Assembly (NCBI GenBank): GCA_965214405.1
Contig: OZ243956.1
Coordinates: 832,001-896,000, forward strand
Origin: Trueperaceae bacterium
GTDB taxonomy: Bacteria > Deinococcota > Deinococci > Deinococcales > Trueperaceae
Reading direction: 5' to 3'
DNA: 64,000 nucleotides
The position numbers were made by a program, and so were the translations under genes. Within the stretch, counting starts at the first letter, position 1; each line of letters opens with the position of its first letter. The notes below the pieces were generated by a model, which was not told the origin of the DNA, did no database searches, and saw only the letters and a program-made list of their open reading frames with translations. Positions 21,128 to 31,212 of the stretch are shown here, piece by piece.

Positions 21128-21702
21128 TGCCTAAGCTGCGTAATCTGCGCCAGCGCGACGTCGCGCTGCTCGTCCTCGCCGCGACGGTGCTCGGGGCCGC
21201 GCTCTGGTACTTCTACCTTTATAAGCCCGTCCAGACGCGTATCAGCGGGCTCGAGGATGAGATCACCCAGCTAGACCTCCAGATCACCCGCGGCGAGGCC
21301 GCGCAGGCCAACCTGCCCATCTTGCGCGAGGCCGTCGAAGAACTCAAGGCGGACGGTCGAGCCTTTTTGGAGCAGCTCCCCCGCGAGAACAACATCGCCG
21401 CGCTCATTGACGAACTCAAAGACGGGGCTGAGAGCGCCTCTGTAACGCTCGACGCCATCAGCCGGGGCAGCGGCGGCGAGGAGGTCCAGGACGTGAGGCC
21501 CATCGGTATCAACATCTCGACGCAGGGCACCTACGCCCAGACCATGACGTTTTTGGAAACTTTGGAGACGCTGCGCCGCTTTACCAAAATAGGCCAGGTC
21601 GACCTGTCGCTCCAAGACGAAGGCGTGCTCGACCCCGCCCTCAGCGCCACCTACACCTTTACCGTCTACGTTTTTACGGGCGAAGACCCCGGAGATTTAT
21701 AA
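21124..21702 (+). CDS. pilO: Type IV pilus assembly protein PilO
   Basis: TM, coiled coil, LPRE and GTYAQTMTFLETLETLRRF. Confidence 0.88.
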   Translation: MMPKLRNLRQRDVALLVLAATVLGAALWYFYLYKPVQTRISGLEDEITQLDLQITRGEAAQANLPILREAVEELKADGRAFLEQLPRENNIAALIDELKDGAESASVTLDAISRGSGGEEVQDVRPIGINISTQGTYAQTMTFLETLETLRRFTKIGQVDLSLQDEGVLDPALSATYTFTVYVFTGEDPGDL

Positions 21703-23189
21703 TGCGACTCTCGCGCGAAACGCGCATCATTTTGGGCGTCCTCACCCTCTGCGCGGCGGGCTTCGTGTGGATCAACCTCCTTACCGGAGGGACGGCGACC
21801 GAGACGCTGGCAACAACCGCCTTGGCGCAAGAAGCGCCCCTGCTGTCGGAGGTGCAAACTCAAGAAACGGATGAGGGTGTAGAGAATACAGGTGGAGATG
21901 CAGGCGAAACCGTAGCAGTTGACGAAGTGGCCGTCACGCCCGAGACCGTCACCCTTTCCCTGAGTTCTACCCCCGAGGGCGCGACCGTCCTCCTGAATGA
22001 CGAGCCCTTAGAGGGCGTGACCCCCTTTTCCGAAGCGCCCGTTGAGGGTCTGGAGGAGGCGCGCTTGCGGGTGGAGCGTGAGGGTTACCTTCCTTACGAG
22101 GGACTTCTCAACCTCAGCTTTAACCGGAACATCAGCGTTTACTTAGAGCCGCTGCCCCCCGGAGCCGCGTCCGGCGGTGTGGTGGCAGGAGAGGAGACGC
22201 CAGGAGGTGCCGCTTCAGGTGACGCTTCCCTTAGTCCCTCGGCAAGTGTGGCAGGTTCGGACACGGTTTTCACTACCGGTTCCAATACTGTCTCTAACGG
22301 CACGATGGTCGCTCGAGAAGTCATCATCGACGAACTCCCCTTTCTGATCACCGCCCCGCCCCAAAGGGTTGAGGAAGGAAGCGAGGATTCAGGCGAGGTT
22401 GATGGGGAGGCCATCGCGCGCCCTCAAGGCGAGCAGCGGGCCTCCGTCAACCCCTTTTCGCCCCTCGTACTCAGGATAGAAACGCCTGACGAGGCGACTG
22501 ATGAGATGGTGTCGTCAGAGCAGGAACTCATCGTGGTGCCCGTGCCGGACGAATTTGCCTCCTCCACATCCTCCGTAACTCCCGTTATCGTCGCCGCCGC
22601 GCCCAGAGAGGCCGTTAAAGCGCCCGCGCCGCGTCCGCTGGCCCCCCCGGCACCAAGAACGACCGCCCTGCCGCGCGCGTTGCCCCAAGGCAGTTTGCCG
22701 GTCGCGCCCCGCATTCTGGACACCCGCCGCACGCGCACGCCGCAGCCTCCCGACTTGGCCGCCATCGCCGCCATTCGCGTCCCGGACGCTCCCAAGGAGG
22801 AGGCTCTGGCGTCGGTGACGGCCTCAGTTGCTGCGTCGGTCGCTGCGCCAGCCTCGTCTGCTAGGTCGGCAGCCAACTCAGGGGAGGACGCCGTGGCAGG
22901 TCCAGCGCTCGAGCCTCTCGCCCTCGCCAAGCAAAACGCCCTGGGAGGCGCGCCCCTTTTTGCGGGCACGAATGAGCTTTCCCGCTACCTGCGCGACAAC
23001 GACGTGACCTTCACGGGTACGGTGGCCGGTCCCGTCGGGGTGGGCGTGTTCCGCTTCGCGGATTCCGGCCCGGTCGTGGTGGCCCTGGGCGCGACCTTGC
23101 CCGACACCGACATCGTGCTGAGCAACTTGAGCGGCACCAAAGCAGAATTTACCCAAGGCACTCTCTCACAGACCCTCAACAGGCGGTGA
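21702..23189 (+). CDS. PilW-like (Thermus-type) pilus/competence protein with PEGA-like domain
   Basis: Sits between pilO and pilQ; N-terminal TM; SSTPEGATVLLND..GVTP (PEGA-like); NPFSPL motif; Pro/Ala-rich linker. Confidence 0.65.
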   Translation: MRLSRETRIILGVLTLCAAGFVWINLLTGGTATETLATTALAQEAPLLSEVQTQETDEGVENTGGDAGETVAVDEVAVTPETVTLSLSSTPEGATVLLNDEPLEGVTPFSEAPVEGLEEARLRVEREGYLPYEGLLNLSFNRNISVYLEPLPPGAASGGVVAGEETPGGAASGDASLSPSASVAGSDTVFTTGSNTVSNGTMVAREVIIDELPFLITAPPQRVEEGSEDSGEVDGEAIARPQGEQRASVNPFSPLVLRIETPDEATDEMVSSEQELIVVPVPDEFASSTSSVTPVIVAAAPREAVKAPAPRPLAPPAPRTTALPRALPQGSLPVAPRILDTRRTRTPQPPDLAAIAAIRVPDAPKEEALASVTASVAASVAAPASSARSAANSGEDAVAGPALEPLALAKQNALGGAPLFAGTNELSRYLRDNDVTFTGTVAGPVGVGVFRFADSGPVVVALGATLPDTDIVLSNLSGTKAEFTQGTLSQTLNRR

Positions 23190-24754
23190 CCATGAAGCTG
23201 AACTCGGCTACACGTTCTATAACGAAAGCAGGCACGCACAAACGTGCTCGCACCCTTTTCTTCGTTCTCTTTCTCACCCTTTTTGGCTTCACGGCGGGCG
23301 CGCAAAGGGCGTCAGCCTTGCCCGACGACCCCCGCTTCGACCAGCCGGTGGGCTTTTCCACCGCCACGGGCGGCGAATCGCTCCGCGCGATGGTCATGGC
23401 GCTCGCCAAGTCCGTCGACCTCACGGCGGTGGCCGACAGCGTGCCCGACACCCTTATCATGTACGACATCGGCGAGCCCAAGCCCTTTAGACAAGTGTGG
23501 GACCTGATTACCACCCTAAACGACCTCGACTACGCGCTGCTCGACAACGACGTGATGGTGGTCGGCACGCCCGCATCGGTGGCGAAGCTTGGGCGTCAAA
23601 ACCTTACCAGTGAGGTTGATGAAACGGTCGAGCAGGTGCAGCGCTTCTACCGCGTGATAGAGAACCCCGACGATTTGGCCGAAGTCGTGCGCCAGGCCGT
23701 CCCCGGTGCGAGCGTGGACGTGCTCGCCAACCTCAACACGCTGTCGGTACGCGCGTCCGAGGAGGAGCAGAGCGAGGTCGAGCGCGTCCTGAGCCGCTTC
23801 AACCCCGATATCGCGCAGCCGGTGCGGCGCGTGTACTCGCTCTCCAACGCCGACGCCGCGACGCTCGCCGAAACGCTTACCCAGACGGTCGTACGCGGCG
23901 AACAGGAAACGACCAACTTAGTCGACAATAACGATAATCAATTTCCCGATGAGCAAACAACCACCGTCGTCAGAACCGAAGACATCGTCATCGCCGCCGA
24001 CGAACGCACAAACAGCGTGATCGTCACCGCGCCCGAGACCATTCAGGCGGAAATCGCAACGCTTATTGGCGCGCTCGATATCCCCCAGCCCCAGGTGAAC
24101 GTCCAGGTGCGAATTCAAGAAATTCAGACGCGCTCCGCCGCGAACTTAGGTATCAACTTGAGCGCGGGCGTCGGCAACTTTGCGACGACGCTGTTAGACA
24201 CCGGCCTTCAGTTCGTGTTCGACGCGCAAAACGCGGTGTCAGGGCTCAACATCGGCGCGGTTTTGGACACGCTGGAGACGCAGGGCCTTTCCCGCCGCGT
24301 GGACGACTCCAACCTGACCATGCTCAACAACTCCCCCGGCAAAATCAACGTGGGCGGGCGCATCGAGCTCACCTTTGCGAGTCTTAACGGCGACATCCAG
24401 ACCCGCACCTTGGAGTACGGCGTCATCATCGAGGTCACGCCGCGCATCTCCGCCGACGGTCGGGTGATTTTAGAGATCAGCGCCGAGGTGTCCGACTTGG
24501 CCGTCCCGCTCGCCGACGGGGGCATCCCGCAGCGCATCGACTTCACCACCCGCGAGGTCACCTCGACGGTCACGCTCGAGCCCGGCCAGACGGTGCTCTT
24601 GGGCGGCTTGCTCCAAAACGCGCTCTCCACAACAAAGTCCAGAACGCCCATTCTGGGCTCCATCCCCATCATCGGCTCCCTCTTTAGCACCACCAACACC
24701 GAAGAAGAGGACACCGAGCTGCTGCTCATCGTCAGCGCGATGACGATTGAGTAA
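23186..24754 (+). CDS. pilQ: Type IV pilus secretin PilQ
   Basis: DERTNSVIV, LDIPQPQVNVQVRI, EVTPRI, GQTVLLGGL and PILGSIPIIGSLF. Confidence 0.92.
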   Translation: MTMKLNSATRSITKAGTHKRARTLFFVLFLTLFGFTAGAQRASALPDDPRFDQPVGFSTATGGESLRAMVMALAKSVDLTAVADSVPDTLIMYDIGEPKPFRQVWDLITTLNDLDYALLDNDVMVVGTPASVAKLGRQNLTSEVDETVEQVQRFYRVIENPDDLAEVVRQAVPGASVDVLANLNTLSVRASEEEQSEVERVLSRFNPDIAQPVRRVYSLSNADAATLAETLTQTVVRGEQETTNLVDNNDNQFPDEQTTTVVRTEDIVIAADERTNSVIVTAPETIQAEIATLIGALDIPQPQVNVQVRIQEIQTRSAANLGINLSAGVGNFATTLLDTGLQFVFDAQNAVSGLNIGAVLDTLETQGLSRRVDDSNLTMLNNSPGKINVGGRIELTFASLNGDIQTRTLEYGVIIEVTPRISADGRVILEISAEVSDLAVPLADGGIPQRIDFTTREVTSTVTLEPGQTVLLGGLLQNALSTTKSRTPILGSIPIIGSLFSTTNTEEEDTELLLIVSAMTIE

Positions 24755-24873
24755 CACGACTCCTGTAGATGCGTTACGAAATAAGGTTGTTCGCGTAGAA
24801 ACGTTGCGACTTACGTTGCTCGAGCGTTCGCACCTCCAAACCCCTCAACCAAACTCTGTATCTCTGGACCCTC

Positions 24874-24910
24874 GAGACCCCGCCACACGCGGGGTTTCTG
24901 AGTTTCTGTT
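24874..24910 (+). terminator. Hairpin/terminator after the pil operon
   Basis: AGACCCCGC-cacac-GCGGGGTTT followed by a T-rich tail. Confidence 0.55.
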
Positions 24911-25006
24911 GCTAATTCCCGTTTCAACTGTCGGACGTTTCTCACTCATGCACGACTCCTCTCACTCGATTCTTTGGTCTACACAAACGCGTGCTAACCT
25001 GTTCAT

Positions 25007-26161
25007 ATGTTGAGATTCTTTTCGGCGGGTGAGTCGCACGGCCCCGCGCTTACGGTTTTTTTAGACGGGGTGCCCGCGGGCCTAGAGCTCGTTGCGAGCG
25101 AGCACATCGACCCCTGGCTGAGGCGGCGGCAGGGAGGGTACGGCCGAGGCCGCCGCATGGTGATAGAAAGCGACTGCGCGACCCTGCTGGCAGGCGTGCG
25201 CGCGGGCCGCACCACGGGCGCGCCGCTGTCGTTGCAGATAGAAAACCGCGACTGGCGCAACTGGACGGACATTATGTCGCCCGAACCCGGTAACGAGCCG
25301 CGTAAACGCGCCTTGACCGAGGCGCGGCCCGGTCACGCGGACCTGGCGGGCGGCGTCAAGTATGGGCACAAAGATTTGCGGGATGTGCTCGAGCGCGCCT
25401 CGGCGCGCGAGACCGCCTCACGCGTGGCGGCGGGCGCGGTGGCGCTGCAACTCTTGAAAACCGCGGGCGTGGAGGGCTGCGCCCGCGTCGTCAGCATGGC
25501 CGGGATTCCCTGCGACGGCGGGATGGACTGGGAAGCGCTAGATAAGCTCGATGAGAGTCCCTTACGCACCTTTGACGGCGAGGCCGAGAGTCGGATTATC
25601 GAGCGCATCGACCAGGCCAAGGCCGACGGCGACACGCTGGGTGGCGTGATCGAAGCGCGCTTTCGCGGCGTGCCCGTGGGGCTCGGCAGCCACACGCAGT
25701 GGGACCGCAAGCTGGACGGGCGGCTGGCGGGGGCGGCGATGAGCATCCAGGCCATCAAGGGCGTCGAAATCGGCGACGGCTGGCGCAACGCGACGGTGCC
25801 GGGTAGCCGCGTTCACGACGCCATCTACCGGGGTGACGAGGGCTACTACCGCGAGACGAACCGCTCAGGCGGGCTCGAGGCGGGCATCACCAACGGCGCG
25901 GAAGTAATCGTGCGCGCCGCGATGAAGCCCATCGCCACGCTCATGAAACCCTTGCCGACCGTGGACGTCGTGACGCACGAGCCCGCCGACGCCGCCCGCG
26001 AACGCTCCGACACGACCGCCGTCCCCGCCGCGTCCATCGTCCTCCTGGCGATGAGCGCGCTCGTGCTGGGCGACGCATTATTAGAAAAGTTTGGCGGCGA
26101 CACCGTCCGCGAGATTACGGAGCGCGTGGAGGCGCACGGGCGTTATGTGGCGAATTTTTAG
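25007..26161 (+). CDS. aroC: Chorismate synthase
   Basis: AGESHGP, RRRQGGYGRG, RPGHADL, ERASARETA and RSD. Confidence 0.97.
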   Translation: MLRFFSAGESHGPALTVFLDGVPAGLELVASEHIDPWLRRRQGGYGRGRRMVIESDCATLLAGVRAGRTTGAPLSLQIENRDWRNWTDIMSPEPGNEPRKRALTEARPGHADLAGGVKYGHKDLRDVLERASARETASRVAAGAVALQLLKTAGVEGCARVVSMAGIPCDGGMDWEALDKLDESPLRTFDGEAESRIIERIDQAKADGDTLGGVIEARFRGVPVGLGSHTQWDRKLDGRLAGAAMSIQAIKGVEIGDGWRNATVPGSRVHDAIYRGDEGYYRETNRSGGLEAGITNGAEVIVRAAMKPIATLMKPLPTVDVVTHEPADAARERSDTTAVPAASIVLLAMSALVLGDALLEKFGGDTVREITERVEAHGRYVANF

Positions 26162-26215
26162 ACCCGTCAAGGTTGCTGAGGGGTTACCCGACCACGCTCC
26201 CCACCGTACGCCCTG

Positions 26216-26788
26216 GTGATGGAGGTTGTGGAGGTGGCGCACGCGTATCTGCTCGAGGAGCGGCCCGTCTCGTGGGTGGCGCTGGTCGGCTTTATGGGCG
26301 CGGGCAAGAGCCGCATCGGCTGGGAACTCTCGAGGCGCTTGAGCCTAACCTTCATCGACACAGATAGGGTCATCGAGCGCGTGAGCTGTATGCGGATTCC
26401 CGAGCTTTTCGACCTCTACGGCGAGAGCGTGTTCCGCGACTACGAGAGCGAGGTGGTGAGGCGCTGCTTGCGCCTAGACGGCGTCGTCGTCTCGACGGGC
26501 GGCGGCACCGTGATGCGCCCCCAAAACCGCGCGCTGCTCAAGAGCCGCGGCCCGGTGGTGCTGCTGACCGCGAGCCCGGAAACGATTTATAAACGGACGC
26601 GCCGCCACAAGCGACCGCTCTTAGAAGTCGGCGACCCGGTCGAGCGCATCCGCACGCTCATGGGCGCGCGCGGCGAGGCTTACCACGACGCCGCCTCGTT
26701 CAGCGTCTCGACGGACGGACGCCACTCGGCGGACGTGGTCGAGGAGATTGTCGAGGGTCTGTGGACCTGGACGGAGGCCGGGACGTGA
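26216..26788 (+). CDS. aroK: Shikimate kinase
   Basis: GFMGAGKS, FRDYE, STGGG and RPLL. Confidence 0.95.
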   Translation: MMEVVEVAHAYLLEERPVSWVALVGFMGAGKSRIGWELSRRLSLTFIDTDRVIERVSCMRIPELFDLYGESVFRDYESEVVRRCLRLDGVVVSTGGGTVMRPQNRALLKSRGPVVLLTASPETIYKRTRRHKRPLLEVGDPVERIRTLMGARGEAYHDAASFSVSTDGRHSADVVEEIVEGLWTWTEAGT

Positions 26789-27897
26789 AGCTCACCGTCG
26801 GCGTCACGCCGCCCTATCCCGTCGTCGTCGAAGCGGGGTTGCTCTCCCGGCTGAGCGCTCACATCGCGGAAGATAAGGTTGTGCTCGTGAGCGACACGAA
26901 CATCGCGGCGCACTACGCGGAGGCGGTGCGGGCGGGGCTCACTTGCGCAGGCAAAACCGTCACCTGCTTGACCGTCGCCCCCGGTGAGGAGAGCAAGACG
27001 CTTGCAACTTACGGAAACCTTTTACGCGAACTCGCACAAAAAAGAGTTGACCGCGGTGCGGCGGTGCTCGCCTTGGGCGGCGGGGTGGTGGGCGACTTAG
27101 CTGGCTTTGTCGCGGCGAGCTATCTGCGCGGCGTGGCTTTCTACCAAATCCCCACCTCCCTGCTGGCGATGGTCGACGCCAGCGTGGGCGGCAAAACCGG
27201 GCTCAACTTGCCCGAGGGCAAAAACCTCGTCGGCGCGTTCTGGCAACCCAAGGCGGTGCTTGCGGACGTGACAACGCTCCGCACCCTGCCCGAGCGCGAG
27301 TTTCGCGGGGGCGCGGTGGAGCTTTTCAAGCATGGGCTCCTGGCCGACCCAGGGATCCTTGAGCACCTCCCCAGCGACGGTTTCCGCCGGGACGGTGACC
27401 CGGATTTTTTAACTCAGCTTATCGGGCGTTCGGTCGCGGTCAAAGCTAAAATCGTCGCCGCCGACGAGCGCGAGGGGGGCGAACGCGCGCACCTCAACTT
27501 GGGTCACACGCTGGCGCACGCGCTCGAGGCCCACTCTCACCACCGCATCCCCCACGGCGACGCGGTGGCCTACGGCCTCCTTTTTGCCGCCGAACTCGCG
27601 GCGGGGCGCGGCTATGCGGACGAGACGGGGCGACTCCAAGCATTTTTACGCTGGGTGAATCCGGCGCCGCTAGGGGTCGAGGACGATGTAACCCTTGATG
27701 ACATAACTTTTGACGCTCTTCTCCCCTATCTCTACCGCGACAAAAAGGTGCGGGGGGGGCGGTTGCGCTGGGTGCTGCTCGAGCGCATCGGCAAGCCCCT
27801 TTTGGTAGACGACGTTCAAGAGTCCGAACTCAAAAAAGCCTGGGGCGCACTTCTCAAAACCCTTCCTGATAGTCTAGCCGACACTTCTAAAGCGTAA
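26785..27897 (+). CDS. aroB: 3-dehydroquinate synthase
   Basis: GGGVVGDLAGF, PTSLLAMVDASVGGKTG and LNLGHTLAHALE; GTG overlaps the aroK stop. Confidence 0.96.
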   Translation: MKLTVGVTPPYPVVVEAGLLSRLSAHIAEDKVVLVSDTNIAAHYAEAVRAGLTCAGKTVTCLTVAPGEESKTLATYGNLLRELAQKRVDRGAAVLALGGGVVGDLAGFVAASYLRGVAFYQIPTSLLAMVDASVGGKTGLNLPEGKNLVGAFWQPKAVLADVTTLRTLPEREFRGGAVELFKHGLLADPGILEHLPSDGFRRDGDPDFLTQLIGRSVAVKAKIVAADEREGGERAHLNLGHTLAHALEAHSHHRIPHGDAVAYGLLFAAELAAGRGYADETGRLQAFLRWVNPAPLGVEDDVTLDDITFDALLPYLYRDKKVRGGRLRWVLLERIGKPLLVDDVQESELKKAWGALLKTLPDSLADTSKA

Positions 27898-27907
27898 CGG
27901 AGGCCCC

Positions 27908-28360
27908 ATGATTCTCGTTTTGAACGGCCCCAACCTCAACCTGCTAGGACGGCGCGAGCCCGAGGTTTACGGGCGCGAAACCCTCGAGGACTTAGAAAGC
28001 CGCTGCGAGGCCTGGGGCGCGGAGGTGGGCACCCCCGTCGTGTGCCGCCAGAGCAATTATGAGGGCCAAATCCTCGATTGGCTCCACCGCGCAGAGGAAG
28101 AGGGGGTGAGGGGCGTTGTCCTTAATCCCGGCGGCCTCACCCACACCTCGGTGACGCTCCGCGACGCGGTTGCGGGTGTCACTCCGCCCGTTGTGGAGGT
28201 GCATCTGTCGAACGTTCACGCCCGCGAAGCGTTTCGGCACCATTCATTTGTGTCAGCGGTTTGTGTGGGCAGCATTACCGGGTTGGGTGTCGAGGGGTAC
28301 GGGGCCGCGATTCGCTTTCTCGCGGGCAGGCGCACGACCGTCCGCTCCGTCTATACCTAA
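27908..28360 (+). CDS. aroQ: Type II 3-dehydroquinate dehydratase
   Basis: LNGPNLNLLGRREPEVYG and VEVHLSNVHAREAFRH. Confidence 0.96.
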   Translation: MILVLNGPNLNLLGRREPEVYGRETLEDLESRCEAWGAEVGTPVVCRQSNYEGQILDWLHRAEEEGVRGVVLNPGGLTHTSVTLRDAVAGVTPPVVEVHLSNVHAREAFRHHSFVSAVCVGSITGLGVEGYGAAIRFLAGRRTTVRSVYT

Positions 28361-28405
28361 AAGCTCGCAGCCGCGCCTTATACAACGGGTTTTAGCCTTA
28401 ACCCG

Positions 28406-28624
28406 TCACGCCACGGCAGCGTCGGCCCATCTCGGCTCCCGCACGCTTTTGCGGTGGCGCTTTAGGGTAACGCCCAGGGCGTAACAGGCAGCGGCAATGA
28501 GGGCCGCTCCGGCGAGCACCCAGAACAGCAGGAGCGTCGTCATGAGGGCCAGCGCCAAGAGGATATAGTGGGCGACGCCGAGGGCGGCGAACGCGGTGAG
28601 TTCTTTGTGGGTCAAGGTGAACAT
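28406..28624 (-). CDS. Small membrane protein
   Basis: 72 aa, two hydrophobic segments; TATACT 6 nt upstream of the ATG. Confidence 0.6.
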   Translation of the reverse strand: MFTLTHKELTAFAALGVAHYILLALALMTTLLLFWVLAGAALIAAACYALGVTLKRHRKSVREPRWADAAVA

Positions 28625-28698
28625 GAAGAGAGTATAGGGGGCAGCGCCTTACAGAACTCTTACAGAGGTGTGGCTTTCATTACGCGCACCCAACCTCG

Positions 28699-29223
28699 CT
28701 AGCCCCGCAAAAACTCCCCCGGCCCCTCGCCCAAAGGCGGCAGGTCTTGGAGCGATTTGAGACCGAACTCGAGCAAAAACCGCGTCGTCGTCGCGTAGAG
28801 CAGCGGTTTACCGACCACGTCCTTGCGGCCCACCACCTTGACGAGTTCGCGCTCTTGCAGGGTGTCCAACGTTGAGGCGCACGACGCGCCGCGCGCCGCC
28901 TCCAATTCGCCCCGCGTCACGGGCTGCCCGTAGGCCACGAGCGCGAGGGTTTCTAGGGCGGCGCTCGAGAGCTGCGGCAAAGGCGGCGGTGAGAGCAGCG
29001 GGGTGAGGTCGGAGTTTAGAGACGGGTCGACGACCAGGCGGTAGCCCCCCGCCACCTCCTCGACCACCAGCCCCAACTGCTGCGTGTAGAGCGTGTCGCG
29101 CAGGTCGCGCACCGCCTCCGCCACCTCCTCGGCGCTCACATCTAAAAGGTTGAGAAGCTCCTTGTCACTTATAGGCCGACCCGCCGCCAGGAGCGCCGCG
29201 CAGAGAACCGCCCTACGCCGCAT
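28699..29223 (-). CDS. scpB: SMC-Scp complex subunit ScpB
   Basis: EVAGGY, LSSAALETLALVAYGQPVTR and FLLEFGLKSLQDLP. Confidence 0.93.
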   Translation of the reverse strand: MRRRAVLCAALLAAGRPISDKELLNLLDVSAEEVAEAVRDLRDTLYTQQLGLVVEEVAGGYRLVVDPSLNSDLTPLLSPPPLPQLSSAALETLALVAYGQPVTRGELEAARGASCASTLDTLQERELVKVVGRKDVVGKPLLYATTTRFLLEFGLKSLQDLPPLGEGPGEFLRG

Positions 29224-29384
29224 GATAGTGGGTCCAAGAGAAAAGCACGGTGCATTCTATAGCAACTTTCATTGCCACCGAATCTACCAGCGCAGGTAGC
29301 GCCCCTCAACTTGCGTTCTGGCCGATATGTACGCCAAATCTCTCAAACCGGACGCTGAGGGCTATGACGCGGCTCGAGAAACGC

Positions 29385-31178
29385 CTAGCGCCGCTCATAA
29401 GCCTCGACCGTCAGGCTGAGCCCGTTTTCCTCCCCGGCGGGACGCTCAGGACAACCCGGCACACCGGACGGGCAGAGGTTGATGAGGCGTGGGTCCCACG
29501 CGACGCTCACGCCTTGCGAGCCGACGGTAAGTTCGTCCGCCATGACCGCGCCGAAAAGAAGCGTTTTGCCGCGAATCTCTATGGTTTTTTGTGCGTAAAG
29601 CAGGGCGGCGACGTCAAGCTCGGCGGCGTCTAAACCGTCTTCATCATCTTTAGCGTCCGTTCCCACGGTGATGTCGCCGCTCGAGACGAAGCTCAACACG
29701 TCTTTTTTGAGAAAAGCATCATCGTCTGAATTGTGAGGAGCGAGGTCCCCGTTAATCGTTACTTTGGCCCCCCCGTCAGCCCCCGACTTCCCCACCCAAA
29801 AGGTGCCTTTGCCCTTGTAGCTCAGCGCTTCCGACACGATGAGGTCCGCCTCGCCCGTCGAGACGGTCAGGCCCCCTTTGGGTTTTCCCGACCCGTCGGT
29901 GGGCGGGTGGATGAATTCAAGTTGTCCCGGCTCGCCTTCGGACCCCGGACGCCACGCGACGCGGAGGGTGGGGTTGAGAGGATTTTCGCATTCAAAACCG
30001 GACGCCGGGTCGGCGGGTGGTAGATGAATATCGGGGCTTGACACAACTGCGCCGCCCTCCGCTTGCCGGAACAACTGCGGACAGGTCTCGGGGGTGAGGG
30101 TGAGGTCGGCACCCGCGGGAAAATCCTCGGCAAGCTCGGGCGCTTTGCCCGCGCCAACTTCACCTATGCGCGTTTCGTTTAAGTGCGCCCTGTTTACGCC
30201 TGCCCAGCCCTCTGGAATGGCGCGGTTATTTTTGTCAACAATCCCGAACGACCCAGGCCCTCGCCCTAACGAAATTCCTTTGATGTTATTTTGCGCGGTT
30301 CCGAGTGCAACCGAAGCCTTGTCTAGTTTTACGTTGCCGGAGCCGAGGCTTATCCGGGCGCACAGGTCGGGGGAGATTTTATACGCGCCCAATTCGTCCA
30401 CCCGCTCGCTAATGTCGGTGTCGCCGTCCCGACCGTAATAGTCGTTAAAAATCCCGGTGGTGCCGCGCAAATCCAGACCTGTTTTGCCCTCCTCGAGATT
30501 ACGGTTGAGAGAACGCACGGAGCCGTAAACGGACACGTTTTCTAGCGGACCGGCAAACTTCTTTCTCACGCTAAGCGCGCTGTCGATGCCGCCGGGCACC
30601 CGGTTCGCGCCGAGGCGGACGGCGTTGGTGGCTTTGGCTCGAGCGTCTTTCACGGTGCAACTCTCGCCCGGACAGTTCTCCGCCGTGCCGCCTATATAGC
30701 CTTCAGAGGTCATGGTCTCACCCTTTAAGCGGATGATGTAACCGCCCTCCGTGCCGTCCGGCAGCGTCACCGGATGGAAGGTTCCCTGGTTGGGAAAAAT
30801 GTCCATTCCACGCTTGCCGCCCTCACCCTCGGCAAAGTCCAAATCCAGACCGCCCGCCGAGAGCGGCTCGCCGGAGCCGCACGCGGCGTCGCCACGGTTG
30901 TCTACCTCACGCGCTCTATCAAAAAGGTCATAACTCTCGATGTGCTGACGCTTCCAATCCGGCTCATAACTTTGCAAAAAAGCCACATTCTGGTTGGCGA
31001 TGGCGACAAAGCGCGTGAGCCCCGCCTCCGACACGACCTGCGCCAAGGTCGCGCCGCGGTCGTTGCTGGCGACCGTTTGGCTCGTCAGCGCGTTGAAAAG
31101 CGCGCCCGTGACCAAGATACCGACGACGACCATGACGATAAGCGCGTAGATTAGGGCAAAGCCGTTTGCGTGTTTCAC
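29385..31178 (-). CDS. PilX/ComZ-like large minor pilin (putative pilus tip protein)
   Basis: Prepilin G|FALIY without E5; AQVVSEAG PilX-type motif; large beta-rich C-terminal domain; last gene of a 4-pilin operon, like the Thermus pilA1-3/comZ layout as I recall it. Confidence 0.7.
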   Translation of the reverse strand: MKHANGFALIYALIVMVVVGILVTGALFNALTSQTVASNDRGATLAQVVSEAGLTRFVAIANQNVAFLQSYEPDWKRQHIESYDLFDRAREVDNRGDAACGSGEPLSAGGLDLDFAEGEGGKRGMDIFPNQGTFHPVTLPDGTEGGYIIRLKGETMTSEGYIGGTAENCPGESCTVKDARAKATNAVRLGANRVPGGIDSALSVRKKFAGPLENVSVYGSVRSLNRNLEEGKTGLDLRGTTGIFNDYYGRDGDTDISERVDELGAYKISPDLCARISLGSGNVKLDKASVALGTAQNNIKGISLGRGPGSFGIVDKNNRAIPEGWAGVNRAHLNETRIGEVGAGKAPELAEDFPAGADLTLTPETCPQLFRQAEGGAVVSSPDIHLPPADPASGFECENPLNPTLRVAWRPGSEGEPGQLEFIHPPTDGSGKPKGGLTVSTGEADLIVSEALSYKGKGTFWVGKSGADGGAKVTINGDLAPHNSDDDAFLKKDVLSFVSSGDITVGTDAKDDEDGLDAAELDVAALLYAQKTIEIRGKTLLFGAVMADELTVGSQGVSVAWDPRLINLCPSGVPGCPERPAGEENGLSLTVEAYERR

Positions 31179-31212
31179 AGCGTCTCCTCTGTTTTAACTC
31201 TCTTTTGGCTAC

